A DNA stretch of 63,636 nucleotides, counting the filler, from Octopus bimaculoides (Eukaryota), in NCBI RefSeq assembly GCF_001194135.2. It is 6 parts of 6 records of this genome, joined end to end, with 100 filler letters (N's around TTAATTAATTAA, not from the genome) between each part and the next. Parts side by side here need not be neighbours in the genome. Positions count along the whole stretch, not along the records: positions 1 to 24,279 come from NC_068989.1; 5 more parts are not named here. One strand, written 5' to 3'. Below are positions 1 through 13,215 of the stretch, piece after piece. Position 1 is the stretch's first letter, and every line of letters starts with the position of its first letter. The position numbers and the translations under genes are program-made. The notes below the pieces were generated by a model. It had not been told where the DNA came from. It ran no database searches and was given only the letters and a program-made list of their open reading frames with translations.

Positions 1-293
1 TAAACAAATATCAGGGTCAAACACTGTCTGTAGCTGGTCTTCTCTTGGAAGAGCCCTGCTTCTCACATGGACAACTGTATGTTGGCTGCTCAAGAGTGGG
101 CAGCAACAAAAAACCTATTTGTATATGCTCCACAAGGGAAAACAAGGAACATAGTTTACAATGAGGTGTTATAATCACAACAGCAAGAAAGTATGTACAT
201 GATCACCTTCTTTTACGAAACTTCATTGACTTTCATATATTTATATTGATATACATATATATACGTGTGTTTGGGTGCGTGTGTGTATATACA

Positions 294-384
294 TCTCTAT
301 ATATAAAGATGATGCGTAGTCTAGACGGCGTTTTTAGATTTCATTATTCTCTATAACCCCGGCAACGCCGGGTATTTCTGCTAG
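294..384 (+). mobile_element. Miniature non-autonomous Helitron (both termini, 91 bp)
   Basis: Starts A|TCTCTATATATAAAG. Ends with hairpin CCCGGC-AAC-GCCGGG (358-372), 8 nt, then CTAG|T (381-384). Sits between A and T with no TSD. Confidence 0.7.
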
Positions 385-1006
385 TGTTATATATTTATCT
401 ATTTATACATACATGTACACACACACGTATATATATATATATGTATGTATATCTATTCATTTATATATATGTGTGTATATATATGTGTATGTTTGTGTGT
501 GTGTATGCGTGTGTGTGTGTGTTTGTGTTTGTGAAAATTCACTTATATTATTAAGAATGGTATACAGTAGCAACTGTTCCGACTTACGCATCTAAACAAA
601 CATTACCATGTACAGAACGTCATGCATAGTCACGCCTACGTCTACTGATAAGTCTCATATACATACATCTCCATACACCTATCGATCATAAATACTATAT
701 TCTTTATTGCACTTTTATACACTCGTACTGTCTCTTAAAATTAGCGCAATCATTTCAAATGCTATATATATAACATACCATGTACTACAAAAATATAAAC
801 CTGTCTAATCTTATAAAATATTGTCTGTCAAGAGAGAAGATTTGAAGAAATTCTTGCGTCGAATTCACCACCTGTTTATCATTATTTAAGAACTGAATTC
901 TAACCGATTACTGAAGTATACGTCAGATTAAATAGTACAGATTTCGTATTTATGATACAATTGATTTTGCAGTCTTCGAGTAATACAGAATCTAGAAATA
1001 CAATCA

Positions 1007-1092
<86 letters not shown>

Positions 1093-1453
1093 TACACACT
1101 CGCATCGCATAATAGTTAGAAATTCGCGTTGCAACTACGTGATTTCAGGTTCAGCCCCACTCCGCGGCGCTGGACAATATTTTACGAGTGTATTTGGAAG
1201 ACAGGGACTATGCGGAAGCCTGTTCTATGTGTATATGTGAGCAAGCGTGTGTGTGTATACACACTCGTCTTTGCGTTCGTCCTCACTTTACTTCAAAACA
1301 GGATTTGGTTTGTTTGCATCCATTTGACTTAGCAGTTTGCGCATTTTATACCTTGGCTCTATGATAATGATTACACAACATCTAACCGATGTACTACAGG
1401 TGTAAAACTATATTGAAACAATTGCAATAATTTTAAATAATGTCGTACATTCC

Positions 1454-1501
<48 letters not shown>

Positions 1502-1599
1502 CATGGACTCTCCCGTCGTAGAAGTCATATGAGGTTTCCGCAATTTCTAGCCGAACAACCACATCAATGATTTGTTTATAGAGATCAAATGTTGGTGTA

Positions 1600-1793
1600 C
1601 AATTAACCTCACTCTCTCCATCAAATTGACATTACCTGTACAGGTGCACCGTGTGTCACATGTCAGATGACGAAATGATCGCAGAGCAACGTGAAATGAA
1701 GTACTTTGCTGAAGAACACAACTGGTCTGGAGATGGAACCCACGGTCTCGCAATCATGAGTTCAACGGCGCTCGCCACTAAGTCATGCGCTTC

Positions 1794-1797
<4 letters not shown>
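1600..1797 (-). mobile_element. Degraded tRNA-derived SINE fragment
   Basis: Minus strand reads ATGAAGCGCATGACTTAGTGG...GTGGGTTCCATCTCCAGACC (A/B-box-like), then GTGTTCTTCAGCAAAGTACTTCATTTCACGTTGCTC. Confidence 0.5.
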
Positions 1798-1825
<28 letters not shown>

Positions 1826-1999
1826 ATGTATATGTGTATGTATATATGTATGTATGTATATAAATGCACATATTCACACACTCGTAAAACGTCCACATAG
1901 ATATGTACTGTTATCAGTTATCATCGTCACGGGCTGCTTGTCGTGTCCTATAATTTCAATTTCCATCTGAATGAACGTTTCCCCCAAAGGGGGAATGAA

Positions 2000-2880
2000 A
2001 GTTTCCCCTCGTCGGAAAATTTATGAGCTTCCGTATATTAGGTTTCTGCTTCCATATCAGCCATTTTGAAGAACCACTTAAGATGGTCTTTGTGACAGTG
2101 GTTATGATATTATGTTTTTCTTCTTTTCCTCCAGGAAACTTCTTTCATTTCATTCGAACCACATGACGTGACCAGCGGAAGTTTATGTTTCATGATGTTG
2201 GATTCTACACTACGATTTTGGCTTCTTCTAGGACAACATTTTTGGCGATATATAATTCCTATTTGATGCTTAGCATGGTGCTACGCTTTTCGTGATGGAA
2301 TTGCTTCACCTTTCGATGATCCCGCCAATGATATTCCGTGTTTCGCAACTGTATAATAATATTGAGATGACGACAACTTAATACATCATCAACTCCATTT
2401 TCTAGGAGACTTCTTTCTTTCTTTGAGACACGTTTTCTCTGTTTACCAAATGCTGAATGAATTGATCCAATTCTGTGTTCCAAATGTATCTTAGAAATAC
2501 ATTTGAAGTTGGAAAGAAGATTTCCAAGATAGAGGAATGTGATCAGTTTTCTTGGAATATGCATCACAGATAGGGATGTGGAAATCCGGAAGATCGGTTT
2601 TCACAGACGTTTTAGTGAAGCCTTAGACTTTCATGATATTCTCTGTGGAATCGAAACGGTGCTATGTACTAATGAAATTGATAACTGATTTTTGCGGTTG
2701 TAGAAGCACTTGAAAGAAAGGGTCGCTATTATCTGTGTATTGAAGTTCTGAAATGTACTGAATATTTGCAAGTGGAAGACATCGAAATTTGGTTAAGTCC
2801 ACTATCATAAAATTATTTGATTTCAGCGCCTGGATTGCTTGTAAGAAATTCAGAGACAAAGGTATGAAGTGCATTGGTGT
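2000..2880 (-). mobile_element. Degraded RTE-clade LINE, RT C-terminal region
   Basis: Frameshifted minus-strand motifs FLYLGNLLS...HRIGSIHSAFGKQRKRV, VVVISILLYSCET, RKVKQFHHEKRSTMLSIK and FRWSRHVVRM resemble RTE/BovB motifs (FTYLGS, LLYGCETW, LRWAGHVxRM). Confidence 0.75.
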
Positions 2881-3032
2881 GTGAACACAGCCCCGCTTTA
2901 GTCAACATATAATGGTGCACAGATGTGCTGTGCTTGGCCACTCACATCTCTCTTTTTCGTTTTAATCCTTCCCTCTTTCTCGGTCTATTTCGTTCTCATG
3001 GCATATATCGCTCTTTCTCTCTATCTCTCTGT

Positions 3033-3126
<94 letters not shown>

Positions 3127-3350
3127 CGCTCTTTATGCATGTAGTCCTTGAATTGTATTTTCATGGACACATAAATAAATAGANNNNNNNNNNNNNNNNN
3201 NNNNNNNNNNNNNNNNNNNNNNNNNNNNNNNNNNNNNNNNNNNNNNNNNNNNNNNNNNNNNNNNNNNNNNNNNNNNNNNNNNNNNNNNNNNNNNNNNNNN
3301 NNNNNNNNNNNNNNNNNNNNNNNNNNNNNNNNNNNNNNNNNNNNNNNNNN

Positions 3351-3398
<48 letters not shown>

Positions 3399-5784
3399 AC
3401 TATCTATACTTTCGTGTGCATGTGGGTGAATATGAGTGAAGGTATGTAAAATGAGTGTGACTACGTATAGAAGGAATGTGTGAGTGCATGCGTGCATGTG
3501 TGAGCGTGTGCCTGTGTGTATGTGATTGTGTGTGTGTGCGTGTGTCTGTGCTTGTGTCTGCGTGTATTTGAGTGTGTGTGTGTGCGTGTGTTTCTGTGCT
3601 TGTGCCATTCCATTTAAATTGCCAATAGTTCAGACTGCACTACGCATGAAGAGATTTGCCCATAAGAAAGAAATCCAGTAGACCACGTTGCTAATTTCAT
3701 ATATTTATAATCAGTTATTTTATATCGATGCTTAAAAGAGATGTGCGCGTGTGTTCCTTTCTCCATTTTTTCTCTCCGTGTCTATTTTTGTTTCAGAAGA
3801 AGAGCGTATGCTCGAAATGTAAAAAAAGTCTTTCCTTTTATCTCATCGTATTTCCTGAGCCTAAACCGAATACATTCTGCCTGTTTTTCTTTTTACTTTG
3901 TCTTCGTGTGATAAACTTTTTGTACCATTCTATAATTAGAAACCGACTTGTTTCAAAGACATTCGGTGCTAAATTTAAACCCAAGCTCTCTCAGTTGAAA
4001 TCGAAAGTTCTGAAATGAATATTGCAATACAGTGAAAATATGAAAAACAAAAAGATTCGATTTCATTCATCACATGAATACATGAGAAATTAATTTTAGC
4101 ATGACTCTTTGTATGTGTATTGACTCATAAATCACTCGTAAATTGAAAGAATTCGCCTGAAATAATACTTCGTTCTTTGCTTCAGTCTATTTATCTATAC
4201 ACTCCTTATACTTCTGGCTTTTTCATGTAGTTGATAAACAGTAGAAGAGCAAATCAAAGAGAAAATAGATTCTATATATGATTGCTTGACACTCTAAAAA
4301 TATCAACCAAACCTTATTCAAATTACACATTCCCAGCTTAAAAATAGATGAACAAATTCGATAATGTAATCTAAGAATGTAAACCGATAAGAATAATCAC
4401 AGATGGAATAATATTGGTTATATCTGCTTAATCAAGGATGACATGGTCTTAAACAATAACAACAAAAAATTAACCAAACAACAACATTATCAACAACAAC
4501 AACAGCAACATTGATACCAGTAAGAAGAATTCTGCTATTTCCAATGTTACATATCGAGGAATCTCTGTATCAATATAATTATCTTAGCAATGGTGGGATT
4601 TCATTAGTTTCTTTCTGAGATCTGTTTATTTTCCAACTGCTAACCAAACTGGATGATTGTATATCAGTTTACCTTTCATGGATTATCTAAATTACATCAG
4701 TGACCTATCTGGATCCCCGGCATCTTCACAATCATTTCAATATGTATATATATCTATATATATATATGTATATACATATATATATATATATATANNNNNN
4801 NNNNNNNNNNNNNNNNNNNNNNNNNNNNNNNNNNNNNNNNNNNNNNNNNNNNNNNNNNNNNNNNNNNNNNNNNNNNNNNNNNNNNNNNNNNNNNNNNNNN
4901 NNNNNNNNNNNNNNNNNNNNNNNNNNNNNNNNNNNNNNNNNNNNNNNNNNNNNNNNNNNNNNNNNNNNNNNNNNNNNNNNNNNNNNNNNNNNNNNNNNNN
5001 NNNNNNNNNNNNNNNNNNNNNNNNNNNNNNNNNNNNNNNNNNNNNNNNNNNNNNNNNNNNNNNNNNNNNNNNNNNNNNNNNNNNNNNNNNNNNNNNNNNN
5101 NNNNNNNNNNNNNNNNNNNNNNNNNNNNNNNNNNNNNNNNNNNNNNNNNNNNNNNNNNNNNNNNNNNNNNNNNNNNNNNNNNNNNNNNNNNNNNNNNNNN
5201 NNNNNNNNNNNNNNNNNNNNNNNNNNNNNNNNNNNNNNNNNNNNNNNNNNNNNNNNNNNNNNNNNNNNNNNNNNNNNNNNNNNNNNNNNNNNNNNNNNNN
5301 NNNNNNNNNNNNNNNNNNNNNNNNNNNNNNNNNNNNNNNNNNNNNNNNNNNNNNNNNNNNNNNNNNNNNNNNNNNNNNNNNNNNNNNNNNNNNNNNNNNN
5401 NNNNNNNNNNNNNNNNNNNNNNNNNNNNNNNNNNNNNNNNNNNNNNNNNNNNNNNNNNNNNNNNNNNNNNNNNNNNNNNNNNNNNNNNNNNNNNNNNNNN
5501 NNNNNNNNNNNNNNNNNNNNNNNNNNNNNNNNNNNNNNNNNNNNNNNNNNNNNNNNNNNNNNNNNNNNNNNNNNNNNNNNNNNNNNNNNNNNNNNNNNNN
5601 NNNNNNNNNNNNNNNNNNNNNNNNNNNNNNNNNNNNNNNNNNNNNNNNNNNNNNNNNNNNNNNNNNNNNNNNNNNNNNNNNNNNNNNNNNNNNNNNNNNN
5701 NNNNNNNNNNNNNNNNNNNNNNNNNNNNNNNNNNNNNNNNNNNNNNNNNNNNNNNNNNNNNNNNNNNNNNNNNNNNNNNNNNNT

Positions 5785-5912
5785 ATAGGAGTGATTGTGT
5801 GGTAAGTAGCTTACTTACCAATTACGTGCTTCCGGGTTCAGTCCCACTGCGTAGCACCTTAGGTAAGCATTTTCTACTGTAGCCTCGGGCGAACCAAGGC
5901 CTTGTGAGTGAA
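5785..5912 (+). mobile_element. tRNA-derived SINE family A, 5' part
   Basis: GGAGTGATTGTGTGGTAAGTAGCTT...CCGGGTTCAGTCCCACTGCG head, matching other family A copies in the window. Confidence 0.75.
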
Positions 5913-6469
5913 TATAAATCCATGTATGTTAAATGACATTTATCTGTCCCTCTCATAAACGAATAAAGGAAACGAGAATATTAACAGAGAAGGAAGAGAG
6001 ATAAGAGTTGTGTACCTTTGATCTGTTTCAATGATAATTAGCAATGTTCAGTGCGAAATATTTTTGGCCTTCAGGTCGCTCTCATCGTAGCTCTCTTCTT
6101 GTCTACGTGCAGAACTGAGATGTTTTCAGCTCAAGAAATCATTGCGCTAACCATATATACCTACGTATGTATAAAAGTTTCTTGGTCTCTACAGCTACAT
6201 TTTGGAGTATGTAACTGTTGTGACGTACGTGTCATAACGTTTTTCATGTTGGAGCTACAACTGTAATAAATATTTGCTGAAGGTCTACAACAAGTTTTGT
6301 ATATGTATAACCATCCGGGTAGTCTTTATCTCTCAAAGCATAGCATTTTCTAGCAACGTTTGTCGTGCATTGAAAAAGAAAGGAATGGGTGAACCGTATT
6401 ATCTTCCTAGGTCTAATTTCAGGCTTCATACTTTTTCATGGTAGAGCTCTCTGGTCCCACTTCTGAACT

Positions 6470-6960
6470 ATGTGAACGTTATATCGGTGCGACCTCGCTC
6501 TTCCGCGAACAACTAGATTCCTTCCTCTCTTTTGTTCAATTTTTCCATTCTGCCGTCGAATACTCCTACACCATTTCCAACACCTCCGTCGCCTTTCTCG
6601 ACATTTCGGTCAACATACATCACTCCACTCTCACCACCTCCATCCACTACAAATGCACGCTTACACACTCTCACACACACACGCACGCGCACATTCGTTT
6701 TGTGATCACTACCACTTTATTATCTCCCCTTCTTCCTAGCTCTCCTGTCTGACCACCTCCATCCAGCTAGCCGCCATGATCGACCACTAGCCACTAAAGC
6801 TTTTTTATTCTCTCTCTGTTTATTTACTCGTGTTCCTTTCTGCTGAAGAGTGTAGGCTCGAAACGTAAAATACTTTCTCACCTTCTTAGCGTTTAACTAA
6901 CACACCTGTTTATTGTTTATACACCTACCTTCGTCTATTGTTGTTTTGTAAATTCCAGCT
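6470..6960 (+). mobile_element. Penelope-like retroelement fragment (RT C-terminus plus terminal repeat)
   Basis: ERYIGATSLFREQLDSFLSFVQFFHSAVEYSYTISNTSVAFLDISVNIHHSTLTTSIHYK resembles the PLE RT segment (FLD...TSIHYKPT). The 3' part (6830-6950) recurs inverted at about 55345-55475. Confidence 0.75.
6843..6867 (+). ncRNA. Candidate minimal type I hammerhead ribozyme core in PLE terminal repeat
   Basis: CTGAAGA-G-TGTAGGCT-C-GAAA-CGT-A: CUGANGA and GAAA boxes with palindromic ACGT helix III, as in minimal PLE hammerheads. Helix I pairing is not clear. Confidence 0.45.
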
Positions 6961-6961
6961 A

Positions 6962-7263
6962 TACTCTTTTACGCTTTTACTCTTTTACTCTTTTACTCTT
7001 TTACTTGTTTCAGTCATTTGACTGCGGCCATGCTGGAGCACCGCCTTTAGTCGAGCAAATCGACCCCAGGACTTATTCTTTGGAAGCCTAGTACTTATTC
7101 TATCGGTCTCTTTTGNNNNNNNNNNCCAAATTCACTCACAAGGCTTTGGTCGGCCCGAGGCTATAGTAGAAGACACTTGCCCAAGGTGCCAGGCAGTGGG
7201 AGTGAACCCGGAACCATGTGCTTGGTAAACAAGCTACTTACCACACAGCCACTCCTGCGCCTA
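6962..7263 (-). mobile_element. tRNA-derived SINE family A (10-N gap inside)
   Basis: Minus strand AGGCGCAGGAGTGGCTGTGTGGTAAG head, GCGGTGCTCCAGCATGGCCGCAGTC body and (GTAAAAGA)n tail. Confidence 0.85.
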
Positions 7264-7279
7264 TATATATATATATATA

Positions 7280-7576
7280 CAAAATTAAGAGGAATGACCA
7301 GCAAAAGTGGACCCCTATATGCTAGAAATAGAAGCTAAATCAAGTTCGGGTGAACGTTCTGTGGATATTTGCTTGTGTAAATATTAACAGGTGAACCCAT
7401 TGGTACGTAGGTAATCGTTTTTTTATTTCGTATATTTTCATTTGTCTTGCCCTTTTACAGTCTGGTGTCTTGCTGAAATTTTTTGTCTTGAGAACATATT
7501 CTTCGTGGTTAGGTGATTTGGCATCTATTTCTAACATATACGAGTCCACTTTTGCTGGTCATTCCTCTTAATTTTG
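7280..7576. mobile_element. Foldback/MITE-like element with long terminal inverted repeats
   Basis: Perfect 33-bp TIR CAAAATTAAGAGGAATGACCAGCAAAAGTGGAC (7280-7312 / 7544-7576), extending imperfectly to about 60 bp. TA on both sides. Confidence 0.75.
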
Positions 7577-8362
7577 TATGTAATATAATCTTAATCTTCG
7601 AATTTTTCTATGCTAGACCACAGGCTTTATAGACGTGACTAGAGTGAACAAGGGCACCAGTATTGTCAGAAATAAGATAGATAGATAGATAGATAGATAA
7701 AATTTACTTCGCGGGAATGCGTGGCGTTCGATCATATAGTAAAATGTGTGTGTGTGTGTGTGTGTGCGTGTGTGTGTGTGTGTGCGTTTGTGTGTGTGCA
7801 TGTATGTATGTATGTACGCAAGTANNNNNNNNNNGTATGGACACATATACATACACACACACACTCTCTCTCTCTTTCACATACATATTTTTAAAAAAAC
7901 GTTTTAATATTAATATTAAAGCTTTATGGCTAGTTTTATTTATCTGTTGATTACATCCACCCCATTCCGGAGTTCCCTACTCCTCAACGGTAGGCTCTCA
8001 CACTGCTCTGAGAAGCGATCTCAGTTCTGTCAACGCACCACCTTAGTGTTCTGCTAATAATTTAATGATTATTGGTTAATGACCGCTAAAATGTAAACAA
8101 GAATGGAATAAAGGTATTTATAAGTGCCTGCATGTATGCTTATACATGTATGCGTTTGCCTGTATGGATCTAATTATAAATATATACGAAAGTATATGTA
8201 AAAGGAAGAGATTGAGTGAAAAAATGAGCATGAAAAAAAGTGAGCTCTGTGTGAGTGTGCATATGTGTGTGTGCGTGCGTGCGTGTGTGTGTGTATGTGT
8301 GTGTGGGTGTGTCTGAGTGTGTGTGTGTCTGAGTGTGTGTGTGTCTGAGTGTGTGTGTGTCT

Positions 8363-8406
<44 letters not shown>

Positions 8407-8420
8407 NNNNNNNNNNNNNN

Positions 8421-8478
<58 letters not shown>

Positions 8479-9019
8479 CGTTGTGGATTTTTACAAGAGA
8501 GATACACAGACACAGAATGTAATTGAGCATCAAGTGATAGACTAAGAGAGGAAGCGGAGGAGCAAGAGATGTACAGGGAAATAAAGGGAAAAGGTGAGAG
8601 GAAGAAGAAGAGAAAAGAAGAGGTGTGAAGGGAGAAGAAAACGTAAGGAAAGAAGGACAGAGGTAAGAGCATTTAATGAAGGAAGATAGAAGGAAGGAAA
8701 TGTGAATTGATTAATTAGTTAATTAAAGCAAATGGAAAAAAAGAATAGGAAGAACGAAGGAAAGGAAGGAAGGAAGGAAGGAAGGAAGGAAAGAGAGAAA
8801 GAAAGACGGAAGGAAGGAAGGAAGGGAGGGAGGAAGGAAAATAAGAAAGACAGACAGAGAGAAAGAAAGAAAGAATGAAAGTAGAAAGAAAGAAAGAAAG
8901 ATATATATTATGATATATATATATATCATAATAAACCTTTCTCCTATAGGCACAAGGCNNNNNNNNNNAAAGAAAGATATATATTATGATATATATATAT
9001 ATCATAATAAACCTTTCTC

Positions 9020-9430
9020 CTATAGGCACAAGGTCTGAAATTTGGGGGAAGAGATACTTCACTGGTACTTAGTTTATCGTGAGGATGAAAAGCAAAAATC
9101 GACTTCGACGTAATTTGAGCTCAGAGCATGGGGACAGACGAAATGTTTCTAAATATTTTGTCCGGCGTGCTAGCGAATCTGCCAACTGGCCGCCCTATTT
9201 ATAAGCATAATAATAATCTTTTCTACTAAAGACACAAGGCCTGAAATTTGGTGGGGGGGGGGGACTTGTCGAATATATCGGCCCCAGTGCTTAACTGGTA
9301 TTTCTTTTATGGAGCCCGAAAGGATGAAAAGCAAAAAACGATTTCGGATGAGTTTTGAACTCAGAACGTAAAGACGAACAAAATGCTGCAAATATCTAGA
9401 CTGTTGTGCTAAAGATTCTGTCAGTTAAAC
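9020..9430 (-). mobile_element. Two tandem degraded SINE family B copies
   Basis: Reverse complements of the GTTCTGAGTTCAAA...CTTTCATCCTTTCGGG...GTGCCTATAG body occur twice. Confidence 0.7.
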
Positions 9431-10679
9431 AGTTTAAACATAAAGGTAATCTTGGTGAGATAGCAACCGAGAAAAGGTAAAGTCGGAGAAAATACTGCTA
9501 GACAACATCCTCCGTGTTCTAACGACTCAGCCAGTTCACCAACTCACTGTCCACACCAGGCAGTAGATGCCCGGATGCAGCACAAGGCAGTGGCTTTCAT
9601 GATTTCTGATCTTAATTGATTGGAAGTGTTATCATGTACATTGTATTGTCTTGGTATAAAAGATGGGCTACAGCAAATATTTTGCTTAATACCACAGATT
9701 TGCTTGTCAGTTGTTTGACCTTAACCAGTTGAGCATGTCCCTTGGTGGCTGACGATATGTGCATCTCTGATCATGAGCATCATAACCATGTGTTGAGAGG
9801 AATGGGCTACTCGACCATAATATATATATATATATATATATATATACGTTTATGTATATGTTTTGCAAGATTCTCAATGTGACGTCGTGTGTTGAAACGT
9901 TGACACAGATATTGCTTATACTTGAGGGTGATCATGTTTTGCAATTAAACTCGTGCACTATTTTTTTGATCATCACTTTAGCTTTATTATCATTATTTTT
10001 AGTTTACTGGTCAAAGTTCTTTCGACACATGCATTGTCATCTCTTCAACGACTTTCTGTCCCTTAATAATATTGAAGCTACAGTGAAGATCAAATAGAAT
10101 AGTGCGTGTATATAATTGGCAAAGGATGACCATGCCCAAGTATAACATTCGAGGGTTTAGCCGGAAAAATCGACCGCAATAGTTATTGTTAAGTAAAGTA
10201 CTTATTCTATCAGTATCATTGATGATAAGAGGAACCTAAACAAACCAGCATCAGTTGTCAATTGGTGGGGAAGACAAGTGCTAACACATGCGCACACAAT
10301 GAATATATATATGACGGCCTTCCACACAGTTTCTGTCAACCAAATTCACTCACAAGTATTTGGTTGACCTGGAGTTATACTAGAATAAATCTGCCCATGA
10401 TTTCGCACAGTGGAACTGAACCCGAAGCTGTGTACTTACAAAGTGAACTATTTAGCTACACTTTATTGATTGGATGCTTCTAGTGGAACCAACTTAACTG
10501 CAAGTATTCGGTCAGGGTATCCGATCAAAGAAGAACAGGGTATCAAGATGTACAACTAATTACTGATAGAACGCAGCATAATGGATTGTTCTTCCTTCCT
10601 CTCCATCGTTTTTGGAGTCTTTAAAACGCTCACAGGCGCTGGTCTTTCTCATCACACTAAACCATTAAAAAGAGATAAG

Positions 10680-10841
10680 TTAAGGCGTGGGGTTGTGGCA
10701 AGAAGATTTCTTCCCAACCACATGGTCTCAGGTTCAATTCCACTGCTTAACACTTTGGGCAAGTATTTTCTAATATAGTCTTCGGGACAACGAACGCTGT
10801 GTGGATGGATTTCGTTGACGGAAACTGAAAGAAGTCCGTCT

Positions 10842-10884
<43 letters not shown>

Positions 10885-10967
10885 CTCTCTCTCACTCTCA
10901 ATACATAAATATAGTATGTATGTATGTATATATATATACATGTGTGTATATATATACATACATACAC

Positions 10968-11005
<38 letters not shown>

Positions 11006-11335
11006 CTCTGTGTGTGTGTGTGTGTGTGTAAATATACATATATATGTATATATAATATATATACATACATACACACACACATACATATACACACACATAC
11101 ATATTGATATGTGTGTATATGTGTTTGTGTCTACGGTTTTCCCCCACCAACGGTTGACAATTGCTTTTGGTTTGTTTATGTCCTCGTGAACTAGCGGTTC
11201 GGCAAAAAGAGATCGATAGAATAGGTAACAGGCTTTAAAATATACGATACGTTGGACGAAAATCCTTCAAGACGGCGTCACAGCATGACCGCAGTCTAAT
11301 GACTGAAATATGCAAGAGAAAAAGTAAAAGATAAA
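10680..11335 (+). mobile_element. SINE family A with internal (TA)n/(TG)n expansion
   Basis: Head GGCGTGGGGTTGTGGCAAG...GGTTCAATTCCACTGC, then GACGGAAACTGAAAGAAG, a microsatellite block, and the 3' GACCGCAGTCTAATGACTGAAA...AAAAG tail. Confidence 0.75.
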
Positions 11336-11892
11336 AGATGCACAATGCTGTTGTCAAGCATGATTATATTCGCATAGCAGAATCTAGAGAAAATATTAAA
11401 GAATAAATAGAAGAACACCTATGTAGAAGGCAGGAGACGAACGGCCAATGATCGAGTTAGAAGTCCGATATCATGTGGATACGAGCAACTACACACAACA
11501 GATGGCAGGATATTGGGTGTATTTCCTCATATGAATATCTACTAGACAAGCGATATATGGGTTTCCTATACAGGCACAATCAGTGTATTTGACAGACGTA
11601 TATGATACACATGAGTTTATTTACTGACGCAAAATCCTCCTAATTGTTTACCTACACACACACACATACACGAGTGCAAGTGCATGTGTGCATGTGTGCG
11701 CGGTTGCATGTGCGTGTGCGCGCGCTTATGTGTGTTTGATTCTAACCGTAAGTGATAAATCAATTGTGTTTATCCAAAGTAAACAAGAGGCAGACAAGAG
11801 TAACAGCTGATTCAGTCATATTGATTACAGTTCAAGGTTATGTATACATGCATGTAAATATGGATGCACATATATGTGTGTGCAAGTATCGG

Positions 11893-11954
<62 letters not shown>

Positions 11955-12442
11955 NNNNNNNNNNNNNNNNNNNNNNNNNNNNNNNNNNNNNNNNNNNNNN
12001 NNNNNNNNNNNNNNNNNNNNNNNNNNNNNNNNNNNNNNNNNNNNNNNNNNNNNNNNNNNNNNNNNNNNNNNNNNNNNNNNNNNNNNNNNNNNNNNNNNNN
12101 NNNNNNNNNNNNNNNNCTTGTGCCTTTTAGTTTTGAAACTGTGACAAGTTACCTTAATAATTTATATACGGTAATGATGATGATAGTCATAAATGGATGT
12201 CTCCGTCTTATTTTTAAGCATATATATACCTACATAACTATAGAACTATAGTAAAGTTTATATATGATTAATCACCACTACATATATAAACATATACACA
12301 CATGTATATGTTTTTGTGTGATTATGGAACCCTGTGCATTTGCGTTTGTGAAGATAATGGCACGTATTTATATACCTGTCTGTCTGTGCGTGTGTAAGCA
12401 TGTGTGTGTAGGTATGACTATGTGCATGTATGTATATTGGTA

Positions 12443-12494
<52 letters not shown>

Positions 12495-12789
12495 TAAACT
12501 TGAATTTAAAAACTTTTTTTTATAAATTCTGATATATAAAGGGTGTAGTTGTGATTGCTTTTCATAAGCCATAGAGAACTGAATCCAGAGAATGAATGCC
12601 ACCACATGACATCTGCTGTCGTGTTGGATTTGTGTTCAAGTAAATAACAAACATACTGGACAGCAATTGCCACCAGAATCGCTGCAACAGTAATAGCAGC
12701 GGTGGCTTACTGCTGCAATAGGTTCCAGCTGCTGTGGTAGTAGCGGTATTTCGGAGATACTTATACAACAGCAGCAGGAACTACAACCG

Positions 12790-12809
12790 CGTTAGTAGTA
12801 GTAGTAGTT

Positions 12810-12874
<65 letters not shown>

Positions 12875-12884
12875 GGTGGTGGTG

Positions 12885-12935
<51 letters not shown>

Positions 12936-13122
12936 ACTGAAGCTCTAATAGTAGTAGTAGTTGAGAAGTTGTAGCAATAGTGGCGGTGGTGGTGGTAGTA
13001 GTAGTAGTAGTATTAGTAGTAGTAGTAGTAGAGACTGAAGCTCTAATAGTAGTAGTAGTTGCGACTAAAGTTGTAGTAATAGTAGTGGTGGTGGTGGTGG
13101 TAGTGCTAGTTGTAGTAGTTGC

Positions 13123-13173
<51 letters not shown>

Positions 13174-13215
13174 TGTAACAGCAGCAGCAGCAGCCGCAGG
13201 GAGTAGTAGTAGTAG
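12790..13215. repeat. Compound (GTA)n/(GTG)n/(GCA)n trinucleotide microsatellite
   Basis: Directly visible; source of the poly-S/V/L pseudo-ORFs. Confidence 0.95.

Noticed and set aside
8893-9034. Direct repeats across 10-N gaps (also 19865-20054 vs 20065-20234) and 24380-24420 vs about 24507-24550
   Set aside because: Identical sequence flanking minimal gaps indicates unmerged contig overlaps.
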